Source: Candidatus Latescibacterota bacterium
GTDB taxonomy: Bacteria; Latescibacterota; UBA2968
Reading direction: 5' to 3'
DNA: 64,000 bases
NCBI GenBank assembly: GCA_965116885.1
Contig: OZ220741.1
Span: forward strand, 4,416,001-4,480,000
A program made the position numbers and the translations under genes. The notes under the pieces are model-generated. The model was not told where the DNA came from, made no database searches, and saw only the letters and a program-made list of their open reading frames with translations. How positions within the stretch are numbered: the first letter of the stretch is position 1; each line of letters starts with the position of its first letter. Shown piece by piece: positions 26,820 through 38,000 of this stretch.

Positions 26820-29308
26820 TGGGTGATCTCACCACTTTACTCATGCAAAAAATTCAAACCATATCGATATGTCTATCCATCCTGTTGACCACTACGGACC
26901 TGCTGGCGAGTGAGGGCACAGTACAGCAAGTCTCGGGGGACCTCGTTTACGTCACGGGCATGAACGGTTTGGCTCCGCTCTGGTCAAATCTCACAGTGCA
27001 AAACGGACAGGAGACAGGCGCAAAACTCGAAGTCATCAAAGAATTGCCAGAACTGGTCATAGCAAGAGTTGTAGAGGCGAATGGAACAGCGGTGAATACC
27101 GGCGATATGGTGACACTGAGTAGCGCACAATCAGACGTATCAGCGCGAAAATCCAGGCGAATCGTTTACGCTGCTCGCGTTGACGAAAATCCAAATGTAG
27201 ATGGCATACTGGACGACGCCGTATGGTTGCGGGCGACGCCGATCAGGGGTTTTGTACAGCGCGATCCAAACTACTGGATGCCGAGTCCCGAACAAACAAT
27301 CGTGCGGATTATCTACACGGACAAAAGCATCTACTTTGGCTTTGAATGCCTCGTCCCGGACTCCTCTCAATTTATCGCAAACAACATGCGACGAGATTCC
27401 GAAATCCGCGGCGATGACAATATTCAAATCCTGCTCGACACGTACAATGATCGGCAAAATGGCTTCTTTTTCTCTGTCAATCCCCTTGGGGCACAAAGCG
27501 ATTTGATGCTCTCCAACGAGGGGCGAACCTATAACCGCGATTGGGATTGCAATTGGGTCGCCCGCACCAAACACTATCCCGACCGATGGACAGTCGAAAT
27601 CGAAATACCGTTTAGCCAACTGCGGTTTAAGCAAGCTGCCGACGCCACATGGGGCATCAATCTCGCGCGCTATATTGCCCGAAAAAATCTGGCGACCCAA
27701 CTCGTCGTCGGCCAGCAGACTTCTTCATCCACAGAGCGTTACCGCACGGCGGACATCGGCGAACTTCACGGCCTCCAACACATTCGCGCCAGACGTCCGA
27801 TTTATCTCAAACCCTACGCTTTGCCGGGCACGACCATGGACGATCAGGCAATCAACCCCTCTGAAAGCCGCACATTTGAAACGGGCCTCGATCTGCGCTA
27901 TGGCATCACGTCAAATATCTCGCTCGACTTATCCTACAACACGGATTTCGCACAGGTAGAAGGCGACCAGGAACAAACCAACCTGACGCAGTTCCGTCTC
28001 TTCTTCCCCGAAAAACGCGAGTTCTTTCTCGAGGGCGCCAACCTATTCCAATTTGGCGAACAAGCGCGAAGAACCGGCAGCGGCACCAGACCCCCCACCC
28101 TCCTTTTTTACACCAGACGCATCGGCCTTGAAAAAGGGAAAAAAATCCCGATTATCGTCGGTTCAAAAATCGCGGGCAAAGAAGGGCGAACCAGTATTGG
28201 CGGCCTCAATGTGCTGACCGACGCGGCATTGTTTGCCGAAGATGGAGACACAGTCCAGGTACACCGCACCAACTACTCGGTCCTCAGCATAAGACGCGAC
28301 GTATTCGCGCGGTCAAACTTCGGTTTCATCATGGTCAACAAACAAATTGACGATCCTCATGAGGGATGGAACCAGTACAACCGCGCAGGGGGTGTTGATT
28401 TCAACTATTCTCCTACGTCAACCTTGAATTTCCAGGCTTTTGCAGCGCGAACATGGGATTCACAGATTGAAAACGCAGACGATGCGCGGTTTGCATCTAT
28501 GAATTACCGCGGCACCAAATATTGGGCGCGTCTAAAATTTCTCGATGTCGAGGAACAATTTGAACCCGCTGTGGGATTCATCAATAGCAGAAGTGGATTG
28601 GAAGGTTTCAGACGCTATGACCTCTATGCGCGCTACCGCCCCAGACCGAAATTCGCCAATATTCGCTACATGTCAATCGGTCCCGAAGCGCAACTCTTTA
28701 CAGACCGCGACAACAATGTGAAATACTGGACAGTCGAACTCTCGACATTTGCCATCTTTAATACCGGTGACTACTGGCGGATAGAATTAAAACGCACACG
28801 CGACGTAGTCGATGAGGAATTCTCTCCCTCTGCGCGAAACAAAGATGTAATCATCCCCCCCGATACCTATACCTTCACGTCATTTACCACGGGACCGCGT
28901 CCCAGCCGATCCCGAAAATTGCGCCCCGGCATCACCTTTGAAGCCGGCACATACTACACGGGAAGACGCTATACCGTACGCTCGGAAAGCTCTTTTCGCC
29001 CCTCTGGCCAACTGTCTTATGAAGTGGAATATCAGGGCGACTGGGTCCGACTTCCGCAGGGGAACTTTAACATCCACACACTCAGCAATCGCCTGCAGTA
29101 CTCCTTTTCCACAGACTTTTTTGTCAAACTCTTTGTGCAGTGGAACAACGACAAAGAGTTCGCAAGCGCGAATTTTCTCCTCAACTACCGGTATCGCCCC
29201 GGCAGCGACATCTTTCTCGTCTTCGACAGCGCTTATGGCACAGACCCGACCTTAACCCGTCGAAACCGCTCAGTGCTCCTCAAACTCTCCTATCTCCTGG
29301 GTCTGTGA
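26819..29308 (+). CDS. Secreted/outer-membrane protein with CBM9-like domain and DUF5916-type C-terminus
   Basis: VDGILDDAVW, WTVEIEIPFSQLRF, NTDFAQVE..LFFPEKREFFLEG, LFYTRRIG; start may be 26843. Confidence 0.8.
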   Translation: MGDLTTLLMQKIQTISICLSILLTTTDLLASEGTVQQVSGDLVYVTGMNGLAPLWSNLTVQNGQETGAKLEVIKELPELVIARVVEANGTAVNTGDMVTLSSAQSDVSARKSRRIVYAARVDENPNVDGILDDAVWLRATPIRGFVQRDPNYWMPSPEQTIVRIIYTDKSIYFGFECLVPDSSQFIANNMRRDSEIRGDDNIQILLDTYNDRQNGFFFSVNPLGAQSDLMLSNEGRTYNRDWDCNWVARTKHYPDRWTVEIEIPFSQLRFKQAADATWGINLARYIARKNLATQLVVGQQTSSSTERYRTADIGELHGLQHIRARRPIYLKPYALPGTTMDDQAINPSESRTFETGLDLRYGITSNISLDLSYNTDFAQVEGDQEQTNLTQFRLFFPEKREFFLEGANLFQFGEQARRTGSGTRPPTLLFYTRRIGLEKGKKIPIIVGSKIAGKEGRTSIGGLNVLTDAALFAEDGDTVQVHRTNYSVLSIRRDVFARSNFGFIMVNKQIDDPHEGWNQYNRAGGVDFNYSPTSTLNFQAFAARTWDSQIENADDARFASMNYRGTKYWARLKFLDVEEQFEPAVGFINSRSGLEGFRRYDLYARYRPRPKFANIRYMSIGPEAQLFTDRDNNVKYWTVELSTFAIFNTGDYWRIELKRTRDVVDEEFSPSARNKDVIIPPDTYTFTSFTTGPRPSRSRKLRPGITFEAGTYYTGRRYTVRSESSFRPSGQLSYEVEYQGDWVRLPQGNFNIHTLSNRLQYSFSTDFFVKLFVQWNNDKEFASANFLLNYRYRPGSDIFLVFDSAYGTDPTLTRRNRSVLLKLSYLLGL

Positions 29309-29313
29309 GGAAT

Positions 29314-30489
29314 TTAAATTCGTCTAACAGCCAGCGCGACGGCCTCGCCTCCGCCAATGCACAGGGCGGCAATGCCAATGCGCTTATCGGCGCGTTTTAG
29401 AGCGTGAATAAGGGTTACGAGAATGCGCGTGCCGCTCGCCCCAATGGGATGCCCCAGTGCAACAGCACCGCCATTGACATTGAGTTTTTCTCCCGAAATG
29501 CCCAGATCCTGAGCCGCCGCCATTGGAACGCCGGAAAAGGCTTCGTTGATTTCAAACAGATCGACATCCGAGACCGCAAGGGAGAGTTTGGACAAAAGTT
29601 TGGAGATGGCACCAATAGGCGCGAGCGTGAACCACTCCGGCTCCTGGGCGTGTGTGGCATACCCCAAAATCTCAACTTCGGGTGCAATACCGCAATCTTC
29701 TGCTTTTTCGCCAGAAAGGACAATAACAGACGCCGCGCCATCGTTGATACTCGACGCATTGCCGGGCGTCACCGTGCCATCTTTTGAAAACGCAGGGCGC
29801 AGTTGGCGGAGTTTGTCCTCGTCAAATCTCAGGGGTTCTTCATCTCGGTCTATCGTTGTAATTGTCTTGCCAGAAGATGCTTTTACGGGTACAATCTCGC
29901 TGCGGAACCGGCCTTCACTATCGGCGCGAAGTGCTCTTTTATAACTGCTGATGGCAAAATCATCCTGATCTTCGCGCGAAAAATCGTAGCGTTCAGCACA
30001 TCGGTCGCCACAGGTACCCATGTGCAGGTCATTGTACACATCCCATAAGCCATCGCGGATCATGGCGTCAACGAGTTCGCCTGCCCCCAGTCTGTAACCC
30101 GTTCGCGCATTTTCGAGAAGATAGGGCGCGCGGCTCATGTTTTCCGCGCCTCCAGCGAGAATCAAATCGGCATCGCCGCACTGGATGGCTTGAGCGGCGA
30201 GCATAATGGATTTGAGGCCCGAACCGCAAACTTTATTGACCGTTGTCGCCCCCACCGACGTATCGAGATCCGCGCCAATAGCAACCTGACGCGCGACATT
30301 TTGACCCAGTCCTGCACTGAGCACATTGCCAAAAATCACTTCATCAACTTCACTGCCAATTATGCCCGCCTGCGCTATCGAAGCCGCCGCGACAGCACTG
30401 CCCAATTCAGGAGCAGACACCTCGGCAAAGCCGCCCATAAATCCACCAATAGCCGTGCGCTTGCTCCCGGTGATATAAATGTGTTTCAT
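29314..30489 (-). CDS. Acetyl-CoA C-acetyltransferase (thiolase)
   Basis: NKVCGSGL, EINEAF, GHPIGASG, LCIGGG. Confidence 0.95.
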   Translation of the reverse strand: MKHIYITGSKRTAIGGFMGGFAEVSAPELGSAVAAASIAQAGIIGSEVDEVIFGNVLSAGLGQNVARQVAIGADLDTSVGATTVNKVCGSGLKSIMLAAQAIQCGDADLILAGGAENMSRAPYLLENARTGYRLGAGELVDAMIRDGLWDVYNDLHMGTCGDRCAERYDFSREDQDDFAISSYKRALRADSEGRFRSEIVPVKASSGKTITTIDRDEEPLRFDEDKLRQLRPAFSKDGTVTPGNASSINDGAASVIVLSGEKAEDCGIAPEVEILGYATHAQEPEWFTLAPIGAISKLLSKLSLAVSDVDLFEINEAFSGVPMAAAQDLGISGEKLNVNGGAVALGHPIGASGTRILVTLIHALKRADKRIGIAALCIGGGEAVALAVRRI

Positions 30490-30559
30490 AGTTATTCCTC
30501 CATTTTACTATCAAGATACGTCCAGACCTGAAAATAATGCAAGAAATAAGAGATAAAAG

Positions 30560-30910
30560 GTGAAATATCTAATCGCCATTGCCCTGTGTAGCATTCTGTG
30601 TGTATTGATCCTCATGATGGCCTGTTCTGCTCCCCCCAATGGCAAAACCGTATTTATCGAATCGGGTTGTGCAAGATGCCATGAAATCAATGGCACTGGC
30701 GGTTCTCAGGCTCCGCGACTACAGGGCTTACAGAGCAAGTGGACACCCGAATCACTGGAAGAATTTTTGACTGATCCCCCTGCTTATGCAAAAGACAATG
30801 CCCGATTGCTGGCGTATCTAAAAAAATACCCAACGCCAATGCCCAGACTTGAAATTGCGCCTGCACGGCGAAAAATACTCGTCCAATATCTCCTTAAAAG
30901 GTATCCATGA
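30560..30910 (+). CDS. Monoheme cytochrome c, probable lipoprotein
   Basis: CARCH motif, hydrophobic N-terminus with MMAC, distal PMP. Confidence 0.8.
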   Translation: MKYLIAIALCSILCVLILMMACSAPPNGKTVFIESGCARCHEINGTGGSQAPRLQGLQSKWTPESLEEFLTDPPAYAKDNARLLAYLKKYPTPMPRLEIAPARRKILVQYLLKRYP

Positions 30911-31227
30911 GAAATCAGATCGATAAAAAATACGAACGGATTTACAGAGAAGTTGCCAAAATTCCCGAAGGAACTGTGGCAACTTATGGGCAGATTGCCG
31001 AACGGGTTGGATGTGGACCGCGTGAAGTGGGCAGGGCACTGTCGGAATTGCCACCGCACACATCCTGTCCCTGGCATCGGGTCATCAATGCGCGGGGGAT
31101 GGTATCCATTCGCAGTGGGAATCACATGGCACATTACGACCAGGAAGCCCGCCTCGAACGAGAAGGCATCGTATTTGTGAATGGTCGCGTCGATCTCGAA
31201 ATTTACAGGTGGGAGGCAGATCTTTAA
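30907..31227 (+). CDS. Alkyltransferase-like protein (MGMT family, Atl/YbaZ type)
   Basis: IPEGTVATYGQIA, PREVGRAL, PWHRV (Trp in place of the catalytic Cys). Confidence 0.9.
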   Translation: MRNQIDKKYERIYREVAKIPEGTVATYGQIAERVGCGPREVGRALSELPPHTSCPWHRVINARGMVSIRSGNHMAHYDQEARLEREGIVFVNGRVDLEIYRWEADL

Positions 31228-31248
31228 GACCTGAATCAAATTTGTGTA

Positions 31249-31277
31249 TTGACAAGGATAATCGGTTTTTTTATCAT
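31249..31277 (+). promoter_or_regulatory. Sigma-70 promoter for the HU / bS22 / tRNA unit
   Basis: TTGACA-N17-TATCAT. Confidence 0.65.
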
Positions 31278-31328
31278 TCACGCGCTTAGGGGAGAAATAC
31301 GTCTGTAAATACTGAGAAAGGGGATGCA

Positions 31329-31625
31329 GTGACCAAAGCTGATATTGTCAATCAGATTGCCGACGCTACGGGGTTGACCAAAACAGATACCTCTGTCGTT
31401 GTAGAGGGCTTTCTCACTTCGATCATTGCGGCAATGGAGCAGGGTGAACACATCGAAATTCGCGGCTTTGGCACGTTTAAAGTCGTTCATCGCGCACCGC
31501 GCACAGGTCGCAACCCCAAAACAGGTGAGGTGGTCAAAATCCCCTCGCGCGCAATGCCCGTGTTCAAACCCTCACGTGAATTGCGTAATTCTATTTCTGA
31601 GGTTTCTGTTCTTCCATCCAGCTAA
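31329..31625 (+). CDS. HU/IHF family DNA-binding protein
   Basis: MTKADIV, IEIRGFGTF, RTGRNPKTGE, PVFKPS. Confidence 0.95.
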   Translation: MTKADIVNQIADATGLTKTDTSVVVEGFLTSIIAAMEQGEHIEIRGFGTFKVVHRAPRTGRNPKTGEVVKIPSRAMPVFKPSRELRNSISEVSVLPSS

Positions 31626-31646
31626 TGCACCCACAGGAGGTAGCTC

Positions 31647-31739
31647 TTGCCCAGCGGAAAAAAGCGCAAACGCGCAAAAATCGCAACGCACAAGCGAAAA
31701 AAAAGGCGCCGAAGAGACCGACATAAAAAGAAGATCTAA
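31647..31739 (+). CDS. Small basic protein of the AURKAIP1/COX24 (bS22/mS38-like) family
   Basis: TTG start after AGGAGG; MPSGKKRKRAKIATHKRKKRRRRDRHKKKI. Below the ORF-track length cutoff. Confidence 0.85.
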   Translation: MPSGKKRKRAKIATHKRKKRRRRDRHKKKI

Positions 31740-31745
31740 AGGCGA

Positions 31746-31875
31746 TCCTACTGCACTGGTGTTATGGATTTAGCCCCTGGACCTGGATATACCGACGTTT
31801 TCAGCCACAAACGGCTGTGATACACTCTGGTATAGGCCATGAAGGCAGGGGCCTATCCATAGTCTGCCTGCCGGA
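31746..31875 (+). ncRNA. Candidate rod-like structured RNA upstream of tRNA-Arg
   Basis: Nested stems TATGGAT/ATCCATA, GCCCCTG/CAGGGGC, TATACC/GGTATA, CAGCC/GGCTG. Confidence 0.4.
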
Positions 31876-31885
31876 GGGGACATCT

Positions 31886-31962
31886 GCGGCATTAGCTCAG
31901 TTGGATAGAGCACTGGTCTCCGGAACCAGAGGTCACAGGTTCGAATCCTGTATGTCGCACCA
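31886..31962 (+). tRNA. tRNA-Arg (CCG)
   Basis: GCGGCAT/ATGTCGC acceptor stem, TAGCTCAGTTGGATAGAGC D arm, anticodon arm CTGGT-CTCCGGA-ACCAG, GGTTCGAATCC, encoded CCA. Confidence 0.97.
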
Positions 31963-31967
31963 CAAGC

Positions 31968-32005
31968 AATGGGGCGAGAGTCACAAGCGACTCTCGCCCC
32001 ATTTT
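31968..32005. terminator. Rho-independent terminator between tRNA-Arg and convergent obgE
   Basis: AATGGGGCGAGAGTC-ACAAGC-GACTCTCGCCCCATTTT. Confidence 0.85.
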
Positions 32006-32021
32006 CTTGCGTCTCACTTCG

Positions 32022-33008
32022 CTAAGCCAATGCGTCTATCTGCCTTATCAGATCCCGCAACTTCTGAATAAGCGCGTCCAAACCACGACCTGTGACAGAG
32101 GAAATTCCCATATCTGTTTGACCTTGAAAAAATGGACCATTGCGTTGTTCCGGCGGTAACAAGTCCAGTTTGGTAGCAATAAGCATCGCGGGTTTCTCAC
32201 GCAATTTTGGACTGAAACGGTCGAGTTCTCCTTTGAGAACCGCCAAATCGTATTCGGGATTGGGACTGGCGACATCAACCATAAAAAGGAGAACGCGCGT
32301 GCGTTCAATATGGCGCAAAAACTGAAACCCAAGCCCTTTACCGCGATGTGCCCCTTCAATCAAGCCGGGAATATCCGCCATAACAAAGCTATCGTAATCG
32401 CCGCATTTGACAATGCCCAGATTGGGTTGCAGGGTCGTAAAGGGATAATCGGCAATTTTGGGTTGCGCCGCAGAAATTCTGGAGAGAAGGGTCGATTTGC
32501 CTGCATTTGGGTGGCCGACCAGACCGACATCGGCGATGAGTTTTAGCTCGAGTTCCAGATGGCGTTCTCGCCCCGCTTCTCCGGGCTGAACATACTCTGG
32601 CGCTCTATTTGTCGCCGTGGCAAAACGCGCATTGCCACGACCGCCACGACCGCCCTCAATCAAAACAATGCGCTGACCGGGCTCGGTCAAATCCACGAGA
32701 ATCTCGCCTGTCTCTGTATCCTTGATGAGCGTGCCAACTGGCACGGGAATTTCAGCGTCTTCCCCCCGTCGTCCCGCTTTCTTTTTGCCCGACCCATGTT
32801 CTCCATGACCTGCGCTCAAGTGTTGTCGATACCGGTAATCGAGCAGTGTGGAAAGGCGCGGGTCCGATATAAAGACGACATCTCCCCCCTTGCCCCCATC
32901 GCCGCCATCTGGTCCTCCTCGCGGCACATGCTTTTCTCGGCGAAAGCTTTTGCATCCATTGCCGCCGTTGCCCGAACGGGCATAAATTCTGGTTAGATCG
33001 ATAAACAT
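32022..33008 (-). CDS. obgE: GTPase ObgE/CgtA
   Basis: SFRREKHVPRGGPDGGDGG, GHPNAGKST, YPFTTL, DIPGLIEGA, FLRHIER. Confidence 0.97.
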   Translation of the reverse strand: MFIDLTRIYARSGNGGNGCKSFRREKHVPRGGPDGGDGGKGGDVVFISDPRLSTLLDYRYRQHLSAGHGEHGSGKKKAGRRGEDAEIPVPVGTLIKDTETGEILVDLTEPGQRIVLIEGGRGGRGNARFATATNRAPEYVQPGEAGRERHLELELKLIADVGLVGHPNAGKSTLLSRISAAQPKIADYPFTTLQPNLGIVKCGDYDSFVMADIPGLIEGAHRGKGLGFQFLRHIERTRVLLFMVDVASPNPEYDLAVLKGELDRFSPKLREKPAMLIATKLDLLPPEQRNGPFFQGQTDMGISSVTGRGLDALIQKLRDLIRQIDALA

Positions 33009-33019
33009 GGGGAAATTCG

Positions 33020-33778
33020 CTATGTTGCGGACTCTGCCTGTGCGCTATTTCTCAAAAGCAGAGCCTCTTCAATGGGGATATGCTCATCTGCGCTGTTGAT
33101 GAGATCCCTCGCCGTATTGTAGGTAAAGGAAATGACCTCAACGCGCGGTCCCAGAGTTTTAACGAGATCGACCAGAGGTACAAAATCACCATCGCCACTC
33201 ACGAGAACCACGACATCGAGTTTATTGACAAATCTCATGATATCAATAGCCATGCCCATGTCCCAATCGCCTTTGGCAGATCCATCACTGCGCTGCCGCA
33301 AATCTTTTCTTTTCACTTCGTAGCTCTTTTGTTGGAGCATCGATATAAAGTTACTCTGGTCAACATCCGGCGATTGCACCACATAGGCGATAGCGCGGAT
33401 CAAGCGACGTTTGCCCACACTGAGTTCCAGAAGCTTTTCAAAATCGAGACGCGCATTAAATGGTTTTGCGGCATAAAAGATATTCTGCACATCGACAAAT
33501 ATCCCAACCCGCAATTCGGTCGAGGGAATGGCTGTTCGCCGGTCTAATCGGGCGCTGGCATTGCCCTGTAGGTCGGCGATATTTTTCTGGATATCATCGA
33601 GAATAGAAAAAATTTCCCGGCGTTCTCGCGCACCGCTGATAGCTTCTTTATAAACTCTGTTCTTAATCTCGCGAAGGTCTCGGATCGCAGCCTGTGCGAT
33701 GGTCATCTGATCTAATTTTTGCTCGATACGCGCTATGGTTTCTTGTATTTGTACAATCTGATCGTTAAAGTCTGCCAT
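33020..33778 (-). CDS. NYN-domain (LabA/DUF88) protein with N-terminal coiled coil
   Basis: IFVDVQNI, KGDWDMGMAID, LVSGDGDF. Confidence 0.9.
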   Translation of the reverse strand: MADFNDQIVQIQETIARIEQKLDQMTIAQAAIRDLREIKNRVYKEAISGARERREIFSILDDIQKNIADLQGNASARLDRRTAIPSTELRVGIFVDVQNIFYAAKPFNARLDFEKLLELSVGKRRLIRAIAYVVQSPDVDQSNFISMLQQKSYEVKRKDLRQRSDGSAKGDWDMGMAIDIMRFVNKLDVVVLVSGDGDFVPLVDLVKTLGPRVEVISFTYNTARDLINSADEHIPIEEALLLRNSAQAESAT

Positions 33779-33781
33779 TTG

Positions 33782-34639
33782 TTATGAGGTCTCCGATATC
33801 ATTAGTTTGTGTAACCCAGCACCAAAGGCAAGGGCAAATCTGCTCGCGTGTCCAAGTTTTGCGCGATCTCGTTTTGGCAACTGAGCAGTATCTATACCGC
33901 GAAATATTGGATGTTCTGCAAGGCTGAGGCCGGCTGGCGGATCAATGGGTGGTATATCCCCCGATAGATAAACCTGTTTGCAGGTGCGGTGTGGAGAACT
34001 CGCGCGAGAGAGCCAGCGTTTTAAATTTTCAGAATCAGGACCTGCTGTTTCAACGCCGATTAAAATACCATTTTCAACGGAAATGTAAAAAGATCCAGCG
34101 GGGTCTCTGTGAACAGCCATCTGCCTGCCCGACTTCCATACGCCAGCGGGTAGTCCCGTACAAAATAGGGCCAGCGGAGCGATAGAGAGATGCATGCGGG
34201 TTTCTCCCAGTGCAGAGCACAGGGTTTTGTGTGCGTCAATCACCCCGTTGCGCACTGCGGTCCAAAAAGCCACGCGCCCTACAGGAATAATGTCGATCGC
34301 GCTATTGTCAACAGGAGAAATGAGCGCCTGCGATGCTTCCCACAAAATCTGCTCGCGGAGATCTTCTTTTCCCGCGATTTCGAGAGGAACTTTTTGGATG
34401 TGATACAGGCCCTCCGAAAGACAAAAAGAAAGTGTGCCAAGCGGTTTTGACAGAATTTCAAGTGCTTGTCCCAATTCCTCAACAAAGGATTCAGGCACCT
34501 CTTTTTGGGGATCAAAATTAAACACTTCCGATACGCGTTGGTTAATCAGCCCCCTTAGATAATACGCATTGTCCAATTTTTCAATGTGAGCCACGCGTAG
34601 TGTATTGCCCGAAATATGAATGCCTGTAGCTGTACTCAT
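33782..34639 (-). CDS. Hypothetical protein, possibly PilM/GspL-like actin fold
   Basis: TGIHISGNTLRVAHI start, QILWEASQ, VYLSG, FALAFGAGL end; diverged. Confidence 0.5.
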   Translation of the reverse strand: MSTATGIHISGNTLRVAHIEKLDNAYYLRGLINQRVSEVFNFDPQKEVPESFVEELGQALEILSKPLGTLSFCLSEGLYHIQKVPLEIAGKEDLREQILWEASQALISPVDNSAIDIIPVGRVAFWTAVRNGVIDAHKTLCSALGETRMHLSIAPLALFCTGLPAGVWKSGRQMAVHRDPAGSFYISVENGILIGVETAGPDSENLKRWLSRASSPHRTCKQVYLSGDIPPIDPPAGLSLAEHPIFRGIDTAQLPKRDRAKLGHASRFALAFGAGLHKLMISETS

Positions 34640-35085
34640 GGCGTACTCATCGTAAGGTGCGGACGCAAGCGCTCGAGGGTTTTGGGACCAATCCCCCTGA
34701 CCTTTGTAATATCGTCAACGCGCTTAAATGCCCCATTTTTTTCGCGATAGGCCACAATGCGCCCTGCGATTTGAGGCCCAATACCGTGCAAGCGTTCAAA
34801 CTCTTTTGCCGTTGCAGAGTTGATATTGATCAATTCTCCCACCTGGGGAACCTTTTCTTTCGGTGATGGGACTTCCGCCGAACTCTGCCTTTGTGTTAGC
34901 GATGTAACCTGTGGAACTTCTGTCTTTTCTTCTGACGATGGAGCTTCCACGGCATTTTTATGCACCTCAAAATCGGGAATGTGGTCCGGATTTTTACTAT
35001 CGAGATAACGGATGACAATCCCTACAATAAGAACGCCGCAAAGCAGCAATAAAATAATTTGTTCGTTGCGGTTAAAAGTAAACAT
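34636..35085 (-). CDS. ComEA-like helix-hairpin-helix DNA-binding protein
   Basis: N-terminal TM; ININSATAKEFERLHGIGP, IVAYREKNGAF, VRGIGPKT. Confidence 0.88.
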   Translation of the reverse strand: MFTFNRNEQIILLLLCGVLIVGIVIRYLDSKNPDHIPDFEVHKNAVEAPSSEEKTEVPQVTSLTQRQSSAEVPSPKEKVPQVGELININSATAKEFERLHGIGPQIAGRIVAYREKNGAFKRVDDITKVRGIGPKTLERLRPHLTMSTP

Positions 35086-35097
35086 AAAAAAGTCCAA

Positions 35098-38000
35098 TTA
35101 TTGAAATCCGATTTCACCCCAGAATCGAAAATCCCAGGTCACATTTGTGAGTTCACGCAGGTGGTCTTTGCGCCGTTCATGGCGAAACGTCGTACCGCCT
35201 GTAAATCGCGAGCTAAAGGCATATTGCGTCCCCAGGCTTACAGACCAGGATGTCGAGTTTTGGCGGATAATGGGTTCGGCTGGCACATCGGGTTCGGCAC
35301 TTCGGGGCATTTCGGTTTGCGTATTCGAGGTGCGAGAAAAAGAAAGCGTGAGGTCAAGAGTGCCCTGAAATTTTCCGCGCAGCGAATAGCGCACATCTGC
35401 TTGCAATGTACCGTTTTCCGTCAAAGTGGTACCGATCAGGCGGTCGGCAAGAGTCGGTTGAACAGAAGCGGTATCCACAGTCACATTGCGCTGGTAGCGG
35501 ATTTCATCTGTGCTCGTTTCGCGACGGCTAAATGTCGTATTCACATCGCCTATCCAGCGCGCGTTCCACTGAAAAAGTGGATTGTAGGATATTTCTTTGG
35601 CATCGCTTATCAGATAAAGCGGCGAGAGACTGAGGCTGCCATCGCCCCGTCGCATGCGCGATTCTTGATACCCGAACGTGGCATTGGAACTGACCCATAA
35701 CCAGCCGATCAAAGGCACGCGATCAAGGCCGCGCCAACTCGCGTCAAATTTGGGAAAGACGACCTGATCGTCTTTCCCGAGCGTATTGCCCGTGCGTTCG
35801 TTTTCAGAATAATTGGCCGAGGTGTTGAAATTCAGGCCCAGAGGCAGCCGAATACCACTGGATACCTGAGCCTGTCTTCGCACATTGACAGCATTGGTTC
35901 TCGTCCCCGAACTCGTGATTACAATGGGGACCTGGACCGTATCACGAAAGCCAAATTGATAGGCCAATGACGGGCGGGCTGTGAGGCCAAACAAATTATT
36001 TGATTTATTTTCAGAAACACTGCTCGTCACATTTTGAAGACGACCGCCTACTTTCCCAATCCATTGCAAAATGGAAAAGCCACCATCTTTGCCGGATCTG
36101 CGCGTCCAGCGCTGGAACAACCCGGGCAGGTTGAGATTGACACGCGCATTCGCCGTCTGCTGGCTATTGACAGTAAGGCCGCGTCGGACGCTGCCGTACT
36201 GCACGCGCTCCCCACCGATTTCAAAGCGATCCGTGTACGTGGCCGAATACGACGGATTCACGGTAATCCAGTTGGAAAAGCGCGGTGTAAATCTGAAATT
36301 GAGCGATTGGTTACGCGATATTTCGCGACCAAACTGGAGCTGGGTCAGGGCATATCCATTTCGCAAATCGCGGTTGATGGTAAGCGAATAATCCGCATTA
36401 AGACTGCGAAATGGCGAGAGTTTGATCGCGTAACTTTCGGTCAGATTGAAGGTTTCTCGCACCGTATCAATTACATTTGAAGTGTCGCCAGCGATGGCGC
36501 GAAATGAGGTTTGGTCCGACACGCCACGATTAAAACGCAGGTTGTAATTGATACTGGTGGGTAGATAAAAAAACTGCGCCTCTTTGAGCGGCTTGTAAAA
36601 GGGCAACCACTTGAAAATAGCCAGAGTCTCGCGCTGGGACCACGCCTGATTATAGGTCATGTTGCCGTTTAAGTTCTGGTTCTGGCTTCGCCTGCGCTGT
36701 GTAATCGCACCCGTTGTCGATGCATCAGAACTATAGTTGAGTGACGTGGAGGCTTTGTCAAAAAAAATGCGAGACAGCAAGCTCGGATCTTCTCGGGCAG
36801 GTCGCTTTCTCAGCGAAATGGTAAAGCGCGTCTGAGAGCGCACATCGCTTTCGTTGATTTTTTGTTCGGGCGTGAGCACAATATCCGATCCCGGGCGTAT
36901 GCGGGGACTTGATGTAAAGCGGTTATAGCTAAATCGGGCGGGTATAGAAGTATTCCATTCTTTGGGGAAAAATTTGTCGATATTGAGCTGGCTGTCAAAG
37001 TTGAAGCGCGTAGTGGTATTGCCCGAAGCTCTGCCTTGCAGGTCTTGAAAATCGCCGCTTCGGCGTTCCAGATTGACCGTCAAATTGCCCAGATCGGCGA
37101 GGGTTATACGTGTATCAGCGAGGGCAGATAAAGCTGGTTTTTTTCGGATTTCATCAACGCGTAATTCATCTATCCATATCTCGTTTTCACCCAGGAGAAT
37201 CTCATCGCCGCGGTTGCGAATCCCCACGGTAAAGGCTCTAATCGAAGACAACGCGGGATTGCCGCGCACAATATAGGTGCGACCATCCACGTCGATCTCT
37301 ATGCGATTGCCCTCTTTGTCGTAGCGAGCGAGAAAATCGCCACGGCGAAGCGAAACACTAACGGTGTCAGATGCTTGCTCGATGGATTGAAGGTCCAGTA
37401 ATTGACCTTTGAGTTGCGACATGGTCTCGAGGTCTAATCGGACGGTATTGGTTTCTTCTGCCCAGCCGCGATAAACCCGTGACCGATATTCGTAAAAGTT
37501 GAGAGAATCGTCATTGATGGGAGCAAATCGCATGAAAAATTCGATGGGACTGGGGCCAGTGCTCACGGAATCTGCCGCGTCTGAAAAATTGGTGTTATAC
37601 GTTGGATCAGCCGGGTTTCCGCCGTGCAAAAACAGCGTCATAATGCCGTATTCTGTATAGTTCTCTCCACTGGCAAAGTTGCGGGATGCAGAGATGGATT
37701 CGCCCGGGTAGAGATCGACAAACTCAAGCACCAGAGAATTTTCCGACAAACGGATACCCGTGGTGGGATCAATTTCTCGCTCGAGACCCGGAGGGGACTC
37801 GTAAAAGGAATTGTTGGTGCCAATAGTCGAAACCTGAAAATCGCCGGAAGACTGCCCGAAAGCGACCGGGTCTTCCTGCCATTCACTACCGGTTGCGCTA
37901 AAAGTATAGATTTCAACTGATGTGGTATCGTTGTGTTCGAACCAGACGCGCACAAAGTCAAGCGCGCTGGCAAATGTGGTGTCGGGACTACCTTCAAAGG

